Shown: one piece after another, positions 9,093-17,469 of the stretch
How positions within the stretch are numbered: the first letter of the stretch is position 1
Layout of the letters: every line of letters starts with the position of its first letter
Origin: a virus
Taxonomy: Duplodnaviria > Heunggongvirae > Uroviricota > Caudoviricetes
Direction: 5' to 3' (one strand)
DNA: 41,213 nt
IMG/VR virus record: IMGVR_UViG_2554235185_000012
The notes under the pieces: model-generated
Seen by the model: only the letters and a program-made list of their open reading frames with translations
What the model was told of the DNA's origin: nothing
The model's database searches: none
Position numbers and translations under genes: made by a program

Positions 9093-9427
9093 ACAGTTTA
9101 ACAACACACTACCGTCGCTCGCAACTGATTGCGCTTCCTGTACCGGGTGGAAAAGCGAAGGTGGAGTATTGCTATGCAGTAAATGTACCAGGTGACAGGG
9201 AAATTGTAACCCACAGCTTTGCAGAGTGGGCTGTGGGTGATTTCAACCGGCAGAAGGAGACAGTCCTTTGCGACAAGTTAACCGCTGGTTCAAAGATCAC
9301 TACGGAGTGCCCGTCAGAGTCATTCGTTGGGAACCGGAAACACAACGGGTTATCTACCTCCGCGAAGGCTATGAGCATGAGTGCTTCAGTCCGCTCGAAC
9401 AGTTTCGTCGTAAATTCAGGGAAATAG
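9089..9427 (+). CDS. Hypothetical protein; reading frame uncertain (a second protein-like frame ends at 9445)
   Basis: ATG overlaps the upstream stop (ATGA coupling); C-terminal half looks low-complexity, while the -1 frame from 9268 reads protein-like. Confidence 0.3.
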   Translation: MNSLTTHYRRSQLIALPVPGGKAKVEYCYAVNVPGDREIVTHSFAEWAVGDFNRQKETVLCDKLTAGSKITTECPSESFVGNRKHNGLSTSAKAMSMSASVRSNSFVVNSGK

Positions 9428-9436
9428 AGGTCGGTC

Positions 9437-10378
9437 ATGAGCACTAAATTAACCGGCTATGTATGGGATGGTTGCGCAGCGTCAGGCATGAAATTATCCA
9501 GCGTGGCAATTATGGCCCGCCTGGCTGATTTCAGTAATGACGAAGGTGTGTGCTGGCCATCAATTGAAACCATTGCCCGTCAGATTGGCGCGGGGATGAG
9601 TACCGTCAGAACGGCTATCGCACGGCTGGAAGCAGAAGGCTGGTTAACGCGTAAGGCGCGTCGCCAGGGTAACCGCAATGCGTCGAATGTTTATCAGCTT
9701 AACGTTGCGAAGCTTCAGGCAGCGGCATTTTCTCAACTGTCAGATTCTGACCCGTCAAAATCTGACGCATCAAAATCTGACCCGTCAAAATTTGATGCGT
9801 CGAAATCTGGCAAAAAAGCGGGTTTTCACCCGTCAGAATCTGGCGGGGATCCGTCAGTAAAATCAAAACATGATCCGTCAGATAAAAAAACTTCTCGTCC
9901 GGACGCTTCGCAACCGGACACGCAGACGGCTGAACAGGAGTTTTTAACTCGCCATCCTGATGCGGTTGTATTCAGCCCTAAAAAGCGCCAGTGGGGAACG
10001 CAGGATGATTTGACCTGCGCACAGTGGCTCTGGAAAAAAATCATCGCCCTGTACGAGCAGGCCGCCGAATGTGACGGCGAGGTGGTTCGTCCCAAAGAAC
10101 CGAACTGGACAGCCTGGGCAAACGAAATTCGCCTGATGTGTGTGCAGGATGGTCGTACTCATAAACAAATCTGCGAGATGTACAGCCGCGTCAGTCGCGA
10201 TCCGTTCTGGTGCCGTAACGTGCTCAGCCCGTCGAAGCTGCGGGAAAAATGGGATGAGCTTTCCCTGCGCTTATCGCCGTCCGTCAGCACGTACACCGAA
10301 AAACGCGAAGACCCGTACTTCAAAGCCAGTTACGACAACGTGGACTACAGCCAGATCCCGGCAGGATTCAGGGGGTGA
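9437..10378 (+). CDS. Replication initiator (O-like, N-terminal HTH) containing the origin iterons
   Basis: N-terminal HTH typical of phage replisome-organizer proteins; central low-complexity linker encoded by tandem iterons; position equivalent to lambda O. Confidence 0.7.
   Translation: MSTKLTGYVWDGCAASGMKLSSVAIMARLADFSNDEGVCWPSIETIARQIGAGMSTVRTAIARLEAEGWLTRKARRQGNRNASNVYQLNVAKLQAAAFSQLSDSDPSKSDASKSDPSKFDASKSGKKAGFHPSESGGDPSVKSKHDPSDKKTSRPDASQPDTQTAEQEFLTRHPDAVVFSPKKRQWGTQDDLTCAQWLWKKIIALYEQAAECDGEVVRPKEPNWTAWANEIRLMCVQDGRTHKQICEMYSRVSRDPFWCRNVLSPSKLREKWDELSLRLSPSVSTYTEKREDPYFKASYDNVDYSQIPAGFRG
9750..9890. repeat. Putative origin of replication: tandem ~15-bp iterons (CCGTCAAAATCTGA-like) followed by an A-rich tract
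   Basis: At least four tandem 15-bp units at 9750..9809 with further degenerate copies to ~9890, then GATAAAAAAA; lies inside the initiator gene as in lambda ori. Confidence 0.6.
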
Positions 10379-10380
10379 GC

Positions 10381-10869
10381 ATGAGTCTTTTGAATGACGT
10401 TCAGAAATTCATTGAAGCCCATCCGGGCTGTACTTCCGGAGATATTGCGGATGCTTTTGCCGGTTACTCACGGCAGCGCGTTCTGCAGTCAGCAAGCAAG
10501 TTACGTCAGAGTGGGCGTGTGGCTCACCGTTGTGAAGGAGATACACGCAGACATTTCCCGCGCCTGACTGAGAGAGCGCAGGAACCGGAACCACAACCAG
10601 TTCGTGAAACCAGACCTGTGCGCAATTTCTATGTCGGCACTAACGATCCCCGTGTGATTTTGTGCCTGACCCGCCAGGCGGAAGAACTGGAGTCCAGGGG
10701 CTTATACCGTCGTGCTGCAACCGTGTGGATGGCGGCATTCCGTGAAAGCCACTCCCAGCCAGAACGAAACAATTTTCTGACGCGTCGTGAGCGGTGCTTA
10801 CGGAAAAGCAGCAAGCGCGCTGCATCGGGTGAAGAGTGGTATCTGTCAGGGAATTACGTGGGGGCTTAA
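10381..10869 (+). CDS. Winged-helix / PerC-like transcriptional regulator
   Basis: C-terminal RGLYRRAATVWMAAF resembles the PerC family signature; GGGGGTG Shine-Dalgarno before ATG 10381. Confidence 0.45.
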   Translation: MSLLNDVQKFIEAHPGCTSGDIADAFAGYSRQRVLQSASKLRQSGRVAHRCEGDTRRHFPRLTERAQEPEPQPVRETRPVRNFYVGTNDPRVILCLTRQAEELESRGLYRRAATVWMAAFRESHSQPERNNFLTRRERCLRKSSKRAASGEEWYLSGNYVGA

Positions 10870-11522
10870 TGAGTAATAAATATTGCCAGGCGCTGGTGGA
10901 ACTGCGGAACAAACCAGCCCATGAACTGAAGGAAGTGGGCGATCAGTGGCGCACGCCGGACAACATTTTCTGGGGAATTAACACCCTGTTTGGCCCGTTT
11001 GTTCTGGATCTGTTCACTGACGGTGATAACGCCAAATGTGCCGCGTATTACACGGCGGAAGACAACGCGCTGGCGCATGACTGGTCAGAACGTCTTGCGG
11101 AGCTTAAAGGTGCTGCCTTTGGTAATCCCCCATACAGCCGCGCCAGTCAGCATGAGGGGCAATACATCACCGGCATGCGTTACATCATGAAACATGCCAG
11201 TGCCATGCGTGATAAGGGCGGGCGCTATGTTTTCCTGATCAAAGCTGCCACCAGCGAAGTGTGGTGGCCGGAAGATGCAGATCATATTGCTTTTATTCGC
11301 GGGCGTATTGGTTTTGAACTGCCTGTCTGGTTTATCCCGAAAGACGAGAAGCAGGTACCGACAGGAGCTTTTTTCGCTGGTGCTATTGCTGTTTTTGACA
11401 AGACCTGGAAGGGACCGGCAATCAGCTACATCGGGCGCGATGAACTTGAGGCATGTGGTGAGGCGTTTCTGGCGCAGGTTCGCCAGCAGGCGGAAAAACT
11501 GGTCAGGGAGATGGCGGCATGA
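10869..11522 (+). CDS. Phage N6-adenine DNA methyltransferase (Dam-like)
   Basis: NPPY catalytic motif (FGNPPYS); ATG overlaps the upstream TAA. Confidence 0.75.
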   Translation: MSNKYCQALVELRNKPAHELKEVGDQWRTPDNIFWGINTLFGPFVLDLFTDGDNAKCAAYYTAEDNALAHDWSERLAELKGAAFGNPPYSRASQHEGQYITGMRYIMKHASAMRDKGGRYVFLIKAATSEVWWPEDADHIAFIRGRIGFELPVWFIPKDEKQVPTGAFFAGAIAVFDKTWKGPAISYIGRDELEACGEAFLAQVRQQAEKLVREMAA

Positions 11523-11845
11523 CGACGTTAACTCAATGCCAGCAGCAGGTGCTGGATATGCTGATTTCTTATCAGAAAGAACGTGGCTTCCCGCCAACCA
11601 ATCAGGAGGTGGCAACCATGCTGGGATACCGTTCGGTGAATGCAGCGGTGGAGCATCTTCGCGCACTGGAGAAAAAAGGCGCCATCACGATAAAGCGTGG
11701 CGTGGCCCGGGGTATCACGCTTCATACCACAGTGAAGGACGACGACAGCGAGGCAGCCGGGATTATCCGCGCACTGCTTGCCGGTGAGGAAAACGCCAGA
11801 CTGCGTGCAGCCCACTGGTTACATGAGAGGGGCCTGAAAGTATGA
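11519..11845 (+). CDS. LexA N-terminal DNA-binding-domain-like protein
   Basis: MTTLTQCQQQVLDMLISYQKERGFPPTNQEVATMLGYRS resembles the LexA winged-helix N-terminus; start overlaps the upstream stop. Confidence 0.6.
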   Translation: MTTLTQCQQQVLDMLISYQKERGFPPTNQEVATMLGYRSVNAAVEHLRALEKKGAITIKRGVARGITLHTTVKDDDSEAAGIIRALLAGEENARLRAAHWLHERGLKV

Positions 11846-12231
11846 AGCTGATCCTGCCTTTCCCGCCCAGCGTGAACACGTACTGGCGACACCCCAACAA
11901 AGGGGCGTTTGCAGGTAAGAGCCTGATAAGCGCGGCGGGGCGCAAATTCCAGAGCGCGGCGTGTGCAGCAATAGTTGAGCAGTTACGTCGTCTGCCAAAA
12001 CCAACGTCGGCACCTGCTTCAGTGGAGATCGTGTTGTTTCCTCCGGATAACCGGATCCGCGATCTGGACAACTATAACAAGGCGCTGTTTGACGCCCTGA
12101 CCCACGCGGGTGTGTGGGAAGACGACAGTCAGGTGAAAAGAATGCTGGTGGAGTGGGGACCGGTTATCCCGGAAGGGAAGGTCGAGATCACTATCAGTAA
12201 GTACGAGAAAACGGCGGGTGCAGCCGCCTGA
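11842..12231 (+). CDS. rusA: RusA-family Holliday junction resolvase
   Basis: DLDNYNKALFDALT motif and ~129-aa size typical of RusA. Confidence 0.8.
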   Translation: MKLILPFPPSVNTYWRHPNKGAFAGKSLISAAGRKFQSAACAAIVEQLRRLPKPTSAPASVEIVLFPPDNRIRDLDNYNKALFDALTHAGVWEDDSQVKRMLVEWGPVIPEGKVEITISKYEKTAGAAA

Positions 12232-12250
12232 TTAAGAGGAGAAACGAAGT

Positions 12251-13060
12251 ATGAATAATCTGATGGTTATTGATGGTATTGAAGTTCGTCGTGATGCTTA
12301 TGGGCGTTACAGCCTGAACGATCTGCATCGCGCAGCTGTAGCATCTGGTGCCAATGCCAGAACCAAGGAGCCAGGAAAGTTTCTTTCCAGCCAACAAACT
12401 GTTGAACTTGTTCATGAATTGACCAACACCCAGAATTTGGGTGTTGATCCGGTGAGTGTGATTCATGGGGGAAATGAACGGGGAACTTATGTCTGCAAGG
12501 AACTGGTGTATGCCTATGCAATGTGGATCAGCCCGTCATTCCATCTGAAGGTGATCCGTACTTTCGATATGGTAACCAGCACACCGGAAAAATTATCCGG
12601 GCAGGCTGCTGACAAGATGCAGGCTGGCGTGATTCTGCTGGACTTTATGCGCCGGGAGTTAAACCTGTCTAACTCTTCAGTGCTTGGTGCCTGTCAGAAA
12701 CTCCAGGAGGCTGTTGGCTTACCGAATTTGGCACCGCGCTATGCCATTGATGCTCCTGCTGACGCGCCTGATGGCTCAAGCCGCCCCACGCTGTCACTGA
12801 GTGCACTGCTGAAGCAGTATGGTATCCGCCTGACAGCTAATCAGGCATATCACCAGATGGCGAAGCTGGGGATCGTTGAACAACGTGAACGATACAGCCG
12901 CACTGCGATTAACAACATCAAAAAATTCTGGTCGCTGACGGCGAAAGGCTGCATGTTCGGCAAGAACATCACCAGTCCTGCAAATCCGCGCGAGACGCAG
13001 CCGCATTTCTTCGAATCCCGATTCCCTGAGCTGTTAAAGCTGCTCGATACCGTTCATTGA
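12251..13060 (+). CDS. KilA-N domain protein
   Basis: N-terminal YSLNDLHRAA-type KilA-N signature; GAGGAGAAACGAAGTATG Shine-Dalgarno. Confidence 0.6.
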   Translation: MNNLMVIDGIEVRRDAYGRYSLNDLHRAAVASGANARTKEPGKFLSSQQTVELVHELTNTQNLGVDPVSVIHGGNERGTYVCKELVYAYAMWISPSFHLKVIRTFDMVTSTPEKLSGQAADKMQAGVILLDFMRRELNLSNSSVLGACQKLQEAVGLPNLAPRYAIDAPADAPDGSSRPTLSLSALLKQYGIRLTANQAYHQMAKLGIVEQRERYSRTAINNIKKFWSLTAKGCMFGKNITSPANPRETQPHFFESRFPELLKLLDTVH

Positions 13061-13061
13061 G

Positions 13062-14057
13062 GTGACCGTGAGAGCACTACTGACCCCTGAAATAGCCCCG
13101 CGTATGGGGATCGTATTGTTCAGACCCGGTTCAGAGCTGATGCCCCTGTTTATGCAGGGGCGTGTCCTGCTGGAGCCTGAGCCGGAACGTTATTCATCTT
13201 TCGCCAGTGGTGCCGTTCCCGCGGCATCACAACCGCTGGCGCATGATCCTGCCGTTCGGGCCGTGTTCTGCAATGAGGCAGTGATCCGTCGTACTGGTGG
13301 CGTGGAATGTCTTGAAAGCTGGTTACTTCGTGAAAAGGGCTGTCAGTGGCCTCATTCCGACTGGCACAGCGAGAACATGACCACAATGCGACACGCGCCG
13401 GGCGCGATCCGTCTGTGCTGGCACTGCGATAACCAGCTGCGCGATCAGTTCACGGAACGGCTGGAATCAATGGCAACGGATAACTGTGCCCGCTGGGTGT
13501 TGTCTGTTGTGCGTCGGGATCTCGGTTTTGATGACAGTCACGTTGTGACAATGCCGGAACTGTGCTGGTGGCTGATTCGTAATGACCTGGCGGATGCCTT
13601 ACCGGAAAGTGCAGCCCGTAAGGCACTGAGATTACCGAAGCCTGTTGTGCCGTCTGTCACCCGGGAAAGTGACCTTGTGCCTTCGATTCCTGCCACCAGC
13701 ATCATCCATGATAAGGCGAAAAAGGTGCTGGCGCTGAAAGTGGATCCGGAGTCGCCGGAGTCTTTTATGTTACGCCCAAAACGTCGCCGCTGGGTTAATG
13801 AAAAGTACACGCGCTGGGTTAAGACACAGCCGTGTGCATGTTGTGGAAAGCCTGCTGATGATCCCCACCACCTGATAGGTCACGGTCAGGGTGGAATGGG
13901 TACAAAAGCGCATGACCTCTTTGTGTTGCCTTTGTGCAGAAAGCATCACGACGAGCTGCACGCGGATACCGTGGCATTTGAAGAAAAGTATGGCTCCCAG
14001 CTGGAGCTGATATTTCGTTTTATCGATCGTGCGCTGGCAATAGGCGTACTGGCGTAA
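13062..14057 (+). CDS. DUF968 (YdfU-like) protein with C-terminal Cys/His cluster
   Basis: CxxC and His-rich C-terminus (CACCGKPADDPHHLIGHGQ, CRKHHDELH); position after rusA as in Qin-type prophages. Confidence 0.55.
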   Translation: MTVRALLTPEIAPRMGIVLFRPGSELMPLFMQGRVLLEPEPERYSSFASGAVPAASQPLAHDPAVRAVFCNEAVIRRTGGVECLESWLLREKGCQWPHSDWHSENMTTMRHAPGAIRLCWHCDNQLRDQFTERLESMATDNCARWVLSVVRRDLGFDDSHVVTMPELCWWLIRNDLADALPESAARKALRLPKPVVPSVTRESDLVPSIPATSIIHDKAKKVLALKVDPESPESFMLRPKRRRWVNEKYTRWVKTQPCACCGKPADDPHHLIGHGQGGMGTKAHDLFVLPLCRKHHDELHADTVAFEEKYGSQLELIFRFIDRALAIGVLA

Positions 14058-14071
14058 GTGGAGAACTCTAA

Positions 14072-14650
14072 ATGATTAATCCTTCTGAAATTGGCAAAAC
14101 GGGTGAAATGGTTCGTCTTCGTACTCTGGAAAGTATCTGGGTTCAGGGTAAGCTCCGCATGTGGGGACGCTGGTCTTATATCGGCGGTGGTAGTGGTGGG
14201 AACATGTTTAACCAGCTACTGGCATCTGGAAAAATTACCAAAACGGCAATTAAAGAAGCGCTACGCCGGATGAAAAAAGCGGGTATCAGCAAACCAGAGC
14301 TGGAAGCGTTTTTCAAAGAGATTCAGGAAGGGCAGAATAAAAGCGGTCTGGCGTTCTGTACCGATGAGGAAGCGCTGACCATCAACGCTGTACTCAGCGA
14401 TGTCCTTGTGCAGTCAGGACATAAGAATTTATACGCTCTTATTGAAGATCGTTATATCAAACGCCTTAGCAAAAAGGCAATGGCAAGAGACCTAAATAAA
14501 AAGCATCCTGAATGGTGTTTGCGAACCTGTGAAAGCCGGATTGATGTTTGGCTAAATGTAGCAGAATCGATGCTATACAAGCCAATGTGTGATGCATTTG
14601 GCACAAATGGCGACAGATTCCGCTTGAATAGTTGCGCGGAAAGTGCTTGA
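14072..14650 (+). CDS. Putative late-gene antiterminator (Q-like)
   Basis: Last rightward early gene before the lysis cassette; followed by a hairpin terminator; assignment is mainly positional. Confidence 0.4.
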   Translation: MINPSEIGKTGEMVRLRTLESIWVQGKLRMWGRWSYIGGGSGGNMFNQLLASGKITKTAIKEALRRMKKAGISKPELEAFFKEIQEGQNKSGLAFCTDEEALTINAVLSDVLVQSGHKNLYALIEDRYIKRLSKKAMARDLNKKHPEWCLRTCESRIDVWLNVAESMLYKPMCDAFGTNGDRFRLNSCAESA

Positions 14651-14696
14651 ATTATGTTAAGCTCAGGGCGTTAAAGCGAACTGATGCAACAGAACA

Positions 14697-14726
14697 AATA
14701 AAAACCCGCCATTGTGCGGGTTTTTG
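14697..14726. terminator. Bidirectional rho-independent terminator (A-run, ACCCGC/GCGGGT stem, T-run)
   Basis: AAAACCCGCCATTGTGCGGGTTTTT: 6-bp GC stem, 6-nt loop, flanked by an A-tract and a T-tract; sits between converging Q-like and antisense cargo genes. Confidence 0.65.
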
Positions 14727-14731
14727 CATAT

Positions 14732-15211
14732 CTAGAGCAGACCTATAGCGCCACCGGCAATAGCAGTAAGTAAAGGATGTTCTGCTAACTTTCTTAGCAG
14801 CCCCTTTGCTTCTTCTTTCTGCTGTGGCGTACCCTGAGAGCTATTTATTAAGTTATTCAGCGTCTCGATGCTATTGGTAATCTCCTGACGGTTATGATCT
14901 CCAATCTGTACATTCCCTCCGTGAATGTTGATTTGCTGAGAAGAAATAGTTGGTTGTATCTTTTTGGGGCCAACCTTGAGTTGGAAGTGTGGGCCAAAAC
15001 CGCCAATGCTAGTGTCGTAAAAATTAGCTTTATAAATTTCTTTATGTTCTTCCTTACCGTTTGGAAGGAGTCGAACAACAGTATCCCCGTCATCGATGTC
15101 GGCCATTTGGTCGTTTACGATAATTGTATCACCTGCAAACTTGGCCTTATACGGGCCGCATCTGCTGCCATCACGTTTTAAGATGTAGGCATCGTCTTTA
15201 GCTGTAAACAT
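14732..15211 (-). CDS. Orphan cargo protein (159 aa), antisense between Q and holin; function unknown
   Basis: AGGAGT Shine-Dalgarno 5 nt before the ATG; AT-rich; hydrophobic C-terminal tail LLTAIAGGAIGLL; terminators on both sides. Confidence 0.6.
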   Translation of the reverse strand: MFTAKDDAYILKRDGSRCGPYKAKFAGDTIIVNDQMADIDDGDTVVRLLPNGKEEHKEIYKANFYDTSIGGFGPHFQLKVGPKKIQPTISSQQINIHGGNVQIGDHNRQEITNSIETLNNLINSSQGTPQQKEEAKGLLRKLAEHPLLTAIAGGAIGLL

Positions 15212-15323
15212 TTCTACTCCTGTGTAAAGTCATAGCTAGAAAACGCTGACGCTAAACATTTACCGTTAAATGACAGGGAAGTATGAGATATAGGTCAAAA
15301 AAGACAATTTAATGAAACATAAG

Positions 15324-15349
15324 GCCTCGCAACTAAGCGGGGCTTTTTT
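15324..15349 (+). terminator. Putative rho-independent terminator upstream of the lysis genes (candidate tR-prime)
   Basis: GCCTCGC/GCGGGGC stem with one G-U pair, 6-nt loop, then TTTTTT. Confidence 0.45.
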
Positions 15350-15463
15350 CATTTCAGGCTCACGGGAATCATCCGCTACGAGCTTTGGTGATAAATACAG
15401 CCCGAGAAACCTGATACACCTTTCATCATTAAGCGCCATCCGAACTATCGGAGGTGAGAGACC

Positions 15464-15805
15464 ATGAAAATGCATAACGATCCTCATTCCTGGCCTGACT
15501 TACTTGAATTGTTTCAGAGCTGGTGGCGTGGAGACACACCGCTGGGCGCAGTGATTATGTCGATTGTTATGGCTGGTTTACGTATTGCCTATTTTGGCGG
15601 TGGTGGTGGCTGGAAGCGAAAAACACTCGAAATTCTACTCTGTGGCGCTCTGACGCTGACTTTTGCATCCGCTCTTGAGTATGTCGGATGGCCTAAATCA
15701 CTATCTGTTGCCATTGGTGGTGGAGTGGGGCTGATCGGTGTCGATGCTATTCGTGGGGCTGCAATGCGAGTAATCGGTAACAAATTTGGTAGCTCGAAGG
15801 AGTAA
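15464..15805 (+). CDS. Holin (three predicted TM segments, MKM dual-start motif)
   Basis: GGAGGTGA Shine-Dalgarno; three hydrophobic segments; immediately precedes the endolysin. Confidence 0.8.
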   Translation: MKMHNDPHSWPDLLELFQSWWRGDTPLGAVIMSIVMAGLRIAYFGGGGGWKRKTLEILLCGALTLTFASALEYVGWPKSLSVAIGGGVGLIGVDAIRGAAMRVIGNKFGSSKE

Positions 15806-15808
15806 TTT

Positions 15809-16285
15809 ATGCAGGTACTAAATCCTCAGCGTAAAGCTTTCCTGGATATGGTGGCATGGTCAGAGGGAACGGATAACGGGCGACAACCGACACATAACCA
15901 CGGTTATGACGTTATTGTTGGTGGTGAACTATTCACTGATTACTCCGATCACCCTCGCAAACTTGTCACGCTAAATCCGAAACTCAAGTCAACAGCTGCA
16001 GGCCGTTATCAACTTCTTTCCCGTTGGTGGGATGCCTACCGCAAGCAGCTTGGCCTGAAAGACTTCTCTCCCAAAAGCCAGGATGCTGTGGCATTGCAGC
16101 AGATTAAAGAGCGTGGCGCTTTACCGATGATTGATCGCGGTGATATCCGTCAGGCTATCGATCGTTGCAGCAATATCTGGGCGTCGTTACCTGGTGCAGG
16201 TTACGGTCAGTATGAACATAAAATCAGTGACCTGATTTCCCGGTTTAAAGAGGCAGGTGGGGTGGTAAATGAAGTTGAGCTATAA
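15809..16285 (+). CDS. R: Endolysin, lambda R-type lytic transglycosylase
   Basis: 158 aa, recognised as near-identical to lambda R (QRKAFLDM.AWSEGTDNGRQ...). Confidence 0.9.
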   Translation: MQVLNPQRKAFLDMVAWSEGTDNGRQPTHNHGYDVIVGGELFTDYSDHPRKLVTLNPKLKSTAAGRYQLLSRWWDAYRKQLGLKDFSPKSQDAVALQQIKERGALPMIDRGDIRQAIDRCSNIWASLPGAGYGQYEHKISDLISRFKEAGGVVNEVEL

Positions 16286-16661
16286 GCTGGTTATCGCTGC
16301 ATTCTTCTTTACTGTCATTGGTTCTTTCATCTGGTCTGCCAACCACTACTACAGCAAATATCAGCACGAAAAGAAACGTGCTGATGAGGCTGTACAAAAT
16401 GCTGAATCTGCAACAGCCATTACCCGTAACGTCCTGCAATCACTGCAACTCGTCAATACAGTTATAGAGGTTAACCAGCATGCAAAACAGCAGATCGCAC
16501 TGGAGTCACAGAGAACCCAGAAAGATATCAAAGTGGCTGTTGCGGATGATGATTGTGCTGCAGGCCTTGTGCCTGCTGCCGCTGCTGAGCGGTTGCGGAA
16601 GTACGCGAACAGTTTACGTGAGCATTCCGGTGGTTCCGTTACCAGCCACCCTGACGGCTGA
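16269..16661 (+). CDS. i-spanin (Rz-like), N-terminal TM anchor
   Basis: N-terminal TM segment then coiled-coil; start overlaps the endolysin 3-prime end. Confidence 0.65.
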   Translation: MKLSYKLVIAAFFFTVIGSFIWSANHYYSKYQHEKKRADEAVQNAESATAITRNVLQSLQLVNTVIEVNQHAKQQIALESQRTQKDIKVAVADDDCAAGLVPAAAAERLRKYANSLREHSGGSVTSHPDG

Positions 16662-16803
16662 AACGCCTTATCCTGACATTCCGGATAATATGACATGGGG
16701 TAATAGTCTTAATTTAAATGTCAGTCTGCTATCGGCACTTGGCCAGTGCAATCGGGATAAGGCTGATATCAGGCAGGCTGAGAAAAAAAGAGCGGGCTTC
16801 TAA
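16546..16803 (+). CDS. o-spanin (Rz1-like lipoprotein), overlapped architecture
   Basis: Lipobox LLSGC, Pro-rich mature region; begins inside Rz in another frame and extends past the Rz stop. Confidence 0.6.
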   Translation: MMIVLQALCLLPLLSGCGSTRTVYVSIPVVPLPATLTAETPYPDIPDNMTWGNSLNLNVSLLSALGQCNRDKADIRQAEKKRAGF

Positions 16804-16809
16804 GCCCGC
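16782..16809 (-). terminator. Rho-independent terminator for the minus-strand cargo operon
   Basis: On the minus strand GCGGGCTTAGAAGCCCGC hairpin followed by TCTTTTTTT; 22 nt downstream of the ClpP-like gene stop. Confidence 0.6.
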
Positions 16810-16830
16810 ATTATGGTGAATATTATGATT

Positions 16831-17391
16831 TTAAAGTACCCACCAGCGGATCGATTCCGTGGGTATGGTTGCAGCCTCGACTTGATGAACAATTCCCAAC
16901 TCGGAGGCCCTTCCGGGATGAAGGATGGTTGCCGAAGTGATCAAATCCTTCCAATCAGCAATCTCACTTGGATTTTTCTTTTTTGTTTCAATATCCATGA
17001 TTTGAATAAATCGATTTAGATCGTCATCGAGGCATGAAGCCCATTCTCTCAATCGTAGGTGATCTGCGCTGGGTGCGGCGAACCCCCAATGCAGTGGGTG
17101 AAGAAGGAAGCGAGAAAGTGGGTTGGCAGTTCGCACTTCTCCAGCCATATAGATCACGTTTGCGATTGATTCAACATTACTGAGGTTATGCGTAGTAACC
17201 TTTACACCAAGTGACTTTAAAAAATTGTAAGCAGTAAAGCCTGAAACTGTATCTCCACCTTTGCTGGAAATATAGAGCTTAATTTCTGTTGCTGGTTGAT
17301 TAGTATTTGAAACTGCTTTTAAGCAGACATCCATCAGATTAGTTACAGAGGCAACTGTAACATCTGTCAAAAAATGTACCGTATGGATCAT
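16831..17391 (-). CDS. ClpP-fold serine protease-like protein (Ser/His retained), cargo gene
   Basis: Aligns by eye to ClpP: ISSKGGDTVSG vs INSPGGVITAG, VESIA vs AASMG (Ser75), RFLLHPL vs RVMIHQPL (His98); GAGGAG Shine-Dalgarno; AT-rich. Confidence 0.7.
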   Translation of the reverse strand: MIHTVHFLTDVTVASVTNLMDVCLKAVSNTNQPATEIKLYISSKGGDTVSGFTAYNFLKSLGVKVTTHNLSNVESIANVIYMAGEVRTANPLSRFLLHPLHWGFAAPSADHLRLREWASCLDDDLNRFIQIMDIETKKKNPSEIADWKDLITSATILHPGRASELGIVHQVEAATIPTESIRWWVL

Positions 17392-17469
17392 TTTTACTCC
17401 TCAATGGCAGGTCGCTAATGCAACAGGAAATGCAAATAATCGAATGTTATTAGAGCATCAAAGTAGAGC

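Noticed and set aside
8944-9195. Alternative-frame ORF with CxxC-(14)-CxxC overlapping the CII-like 3-prime end
   Set aside because: Mostly inside the better-supported CII-like frame; the next gene is ATG-coupled to the CII stop in a different frame.
9750-9890. Tandem 15-bp repeats considered as a CRISPR array
   Set aside because: Units are contiguous with no spacers, lie inside a coding gene and there are no cas genes; they fit replication-origin iterons.
10640-12521. Antisense ORFs in the nin region (10640..10912, 11085..11666, 11528..11815, 11763..12071, 12267..12521)
   Set aside because: Overlap better-supported plus-strand genes with recognisable motifs (NPPY, RusA signature); no RBS support.
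14732-15211. Q-to-S cargo gene considered as a Shiga toxin or other known toxin moron
   Set aside because: Single 159-aa ORF with no signal peptide and no A/B subunit pair; no resemblance to Stx.
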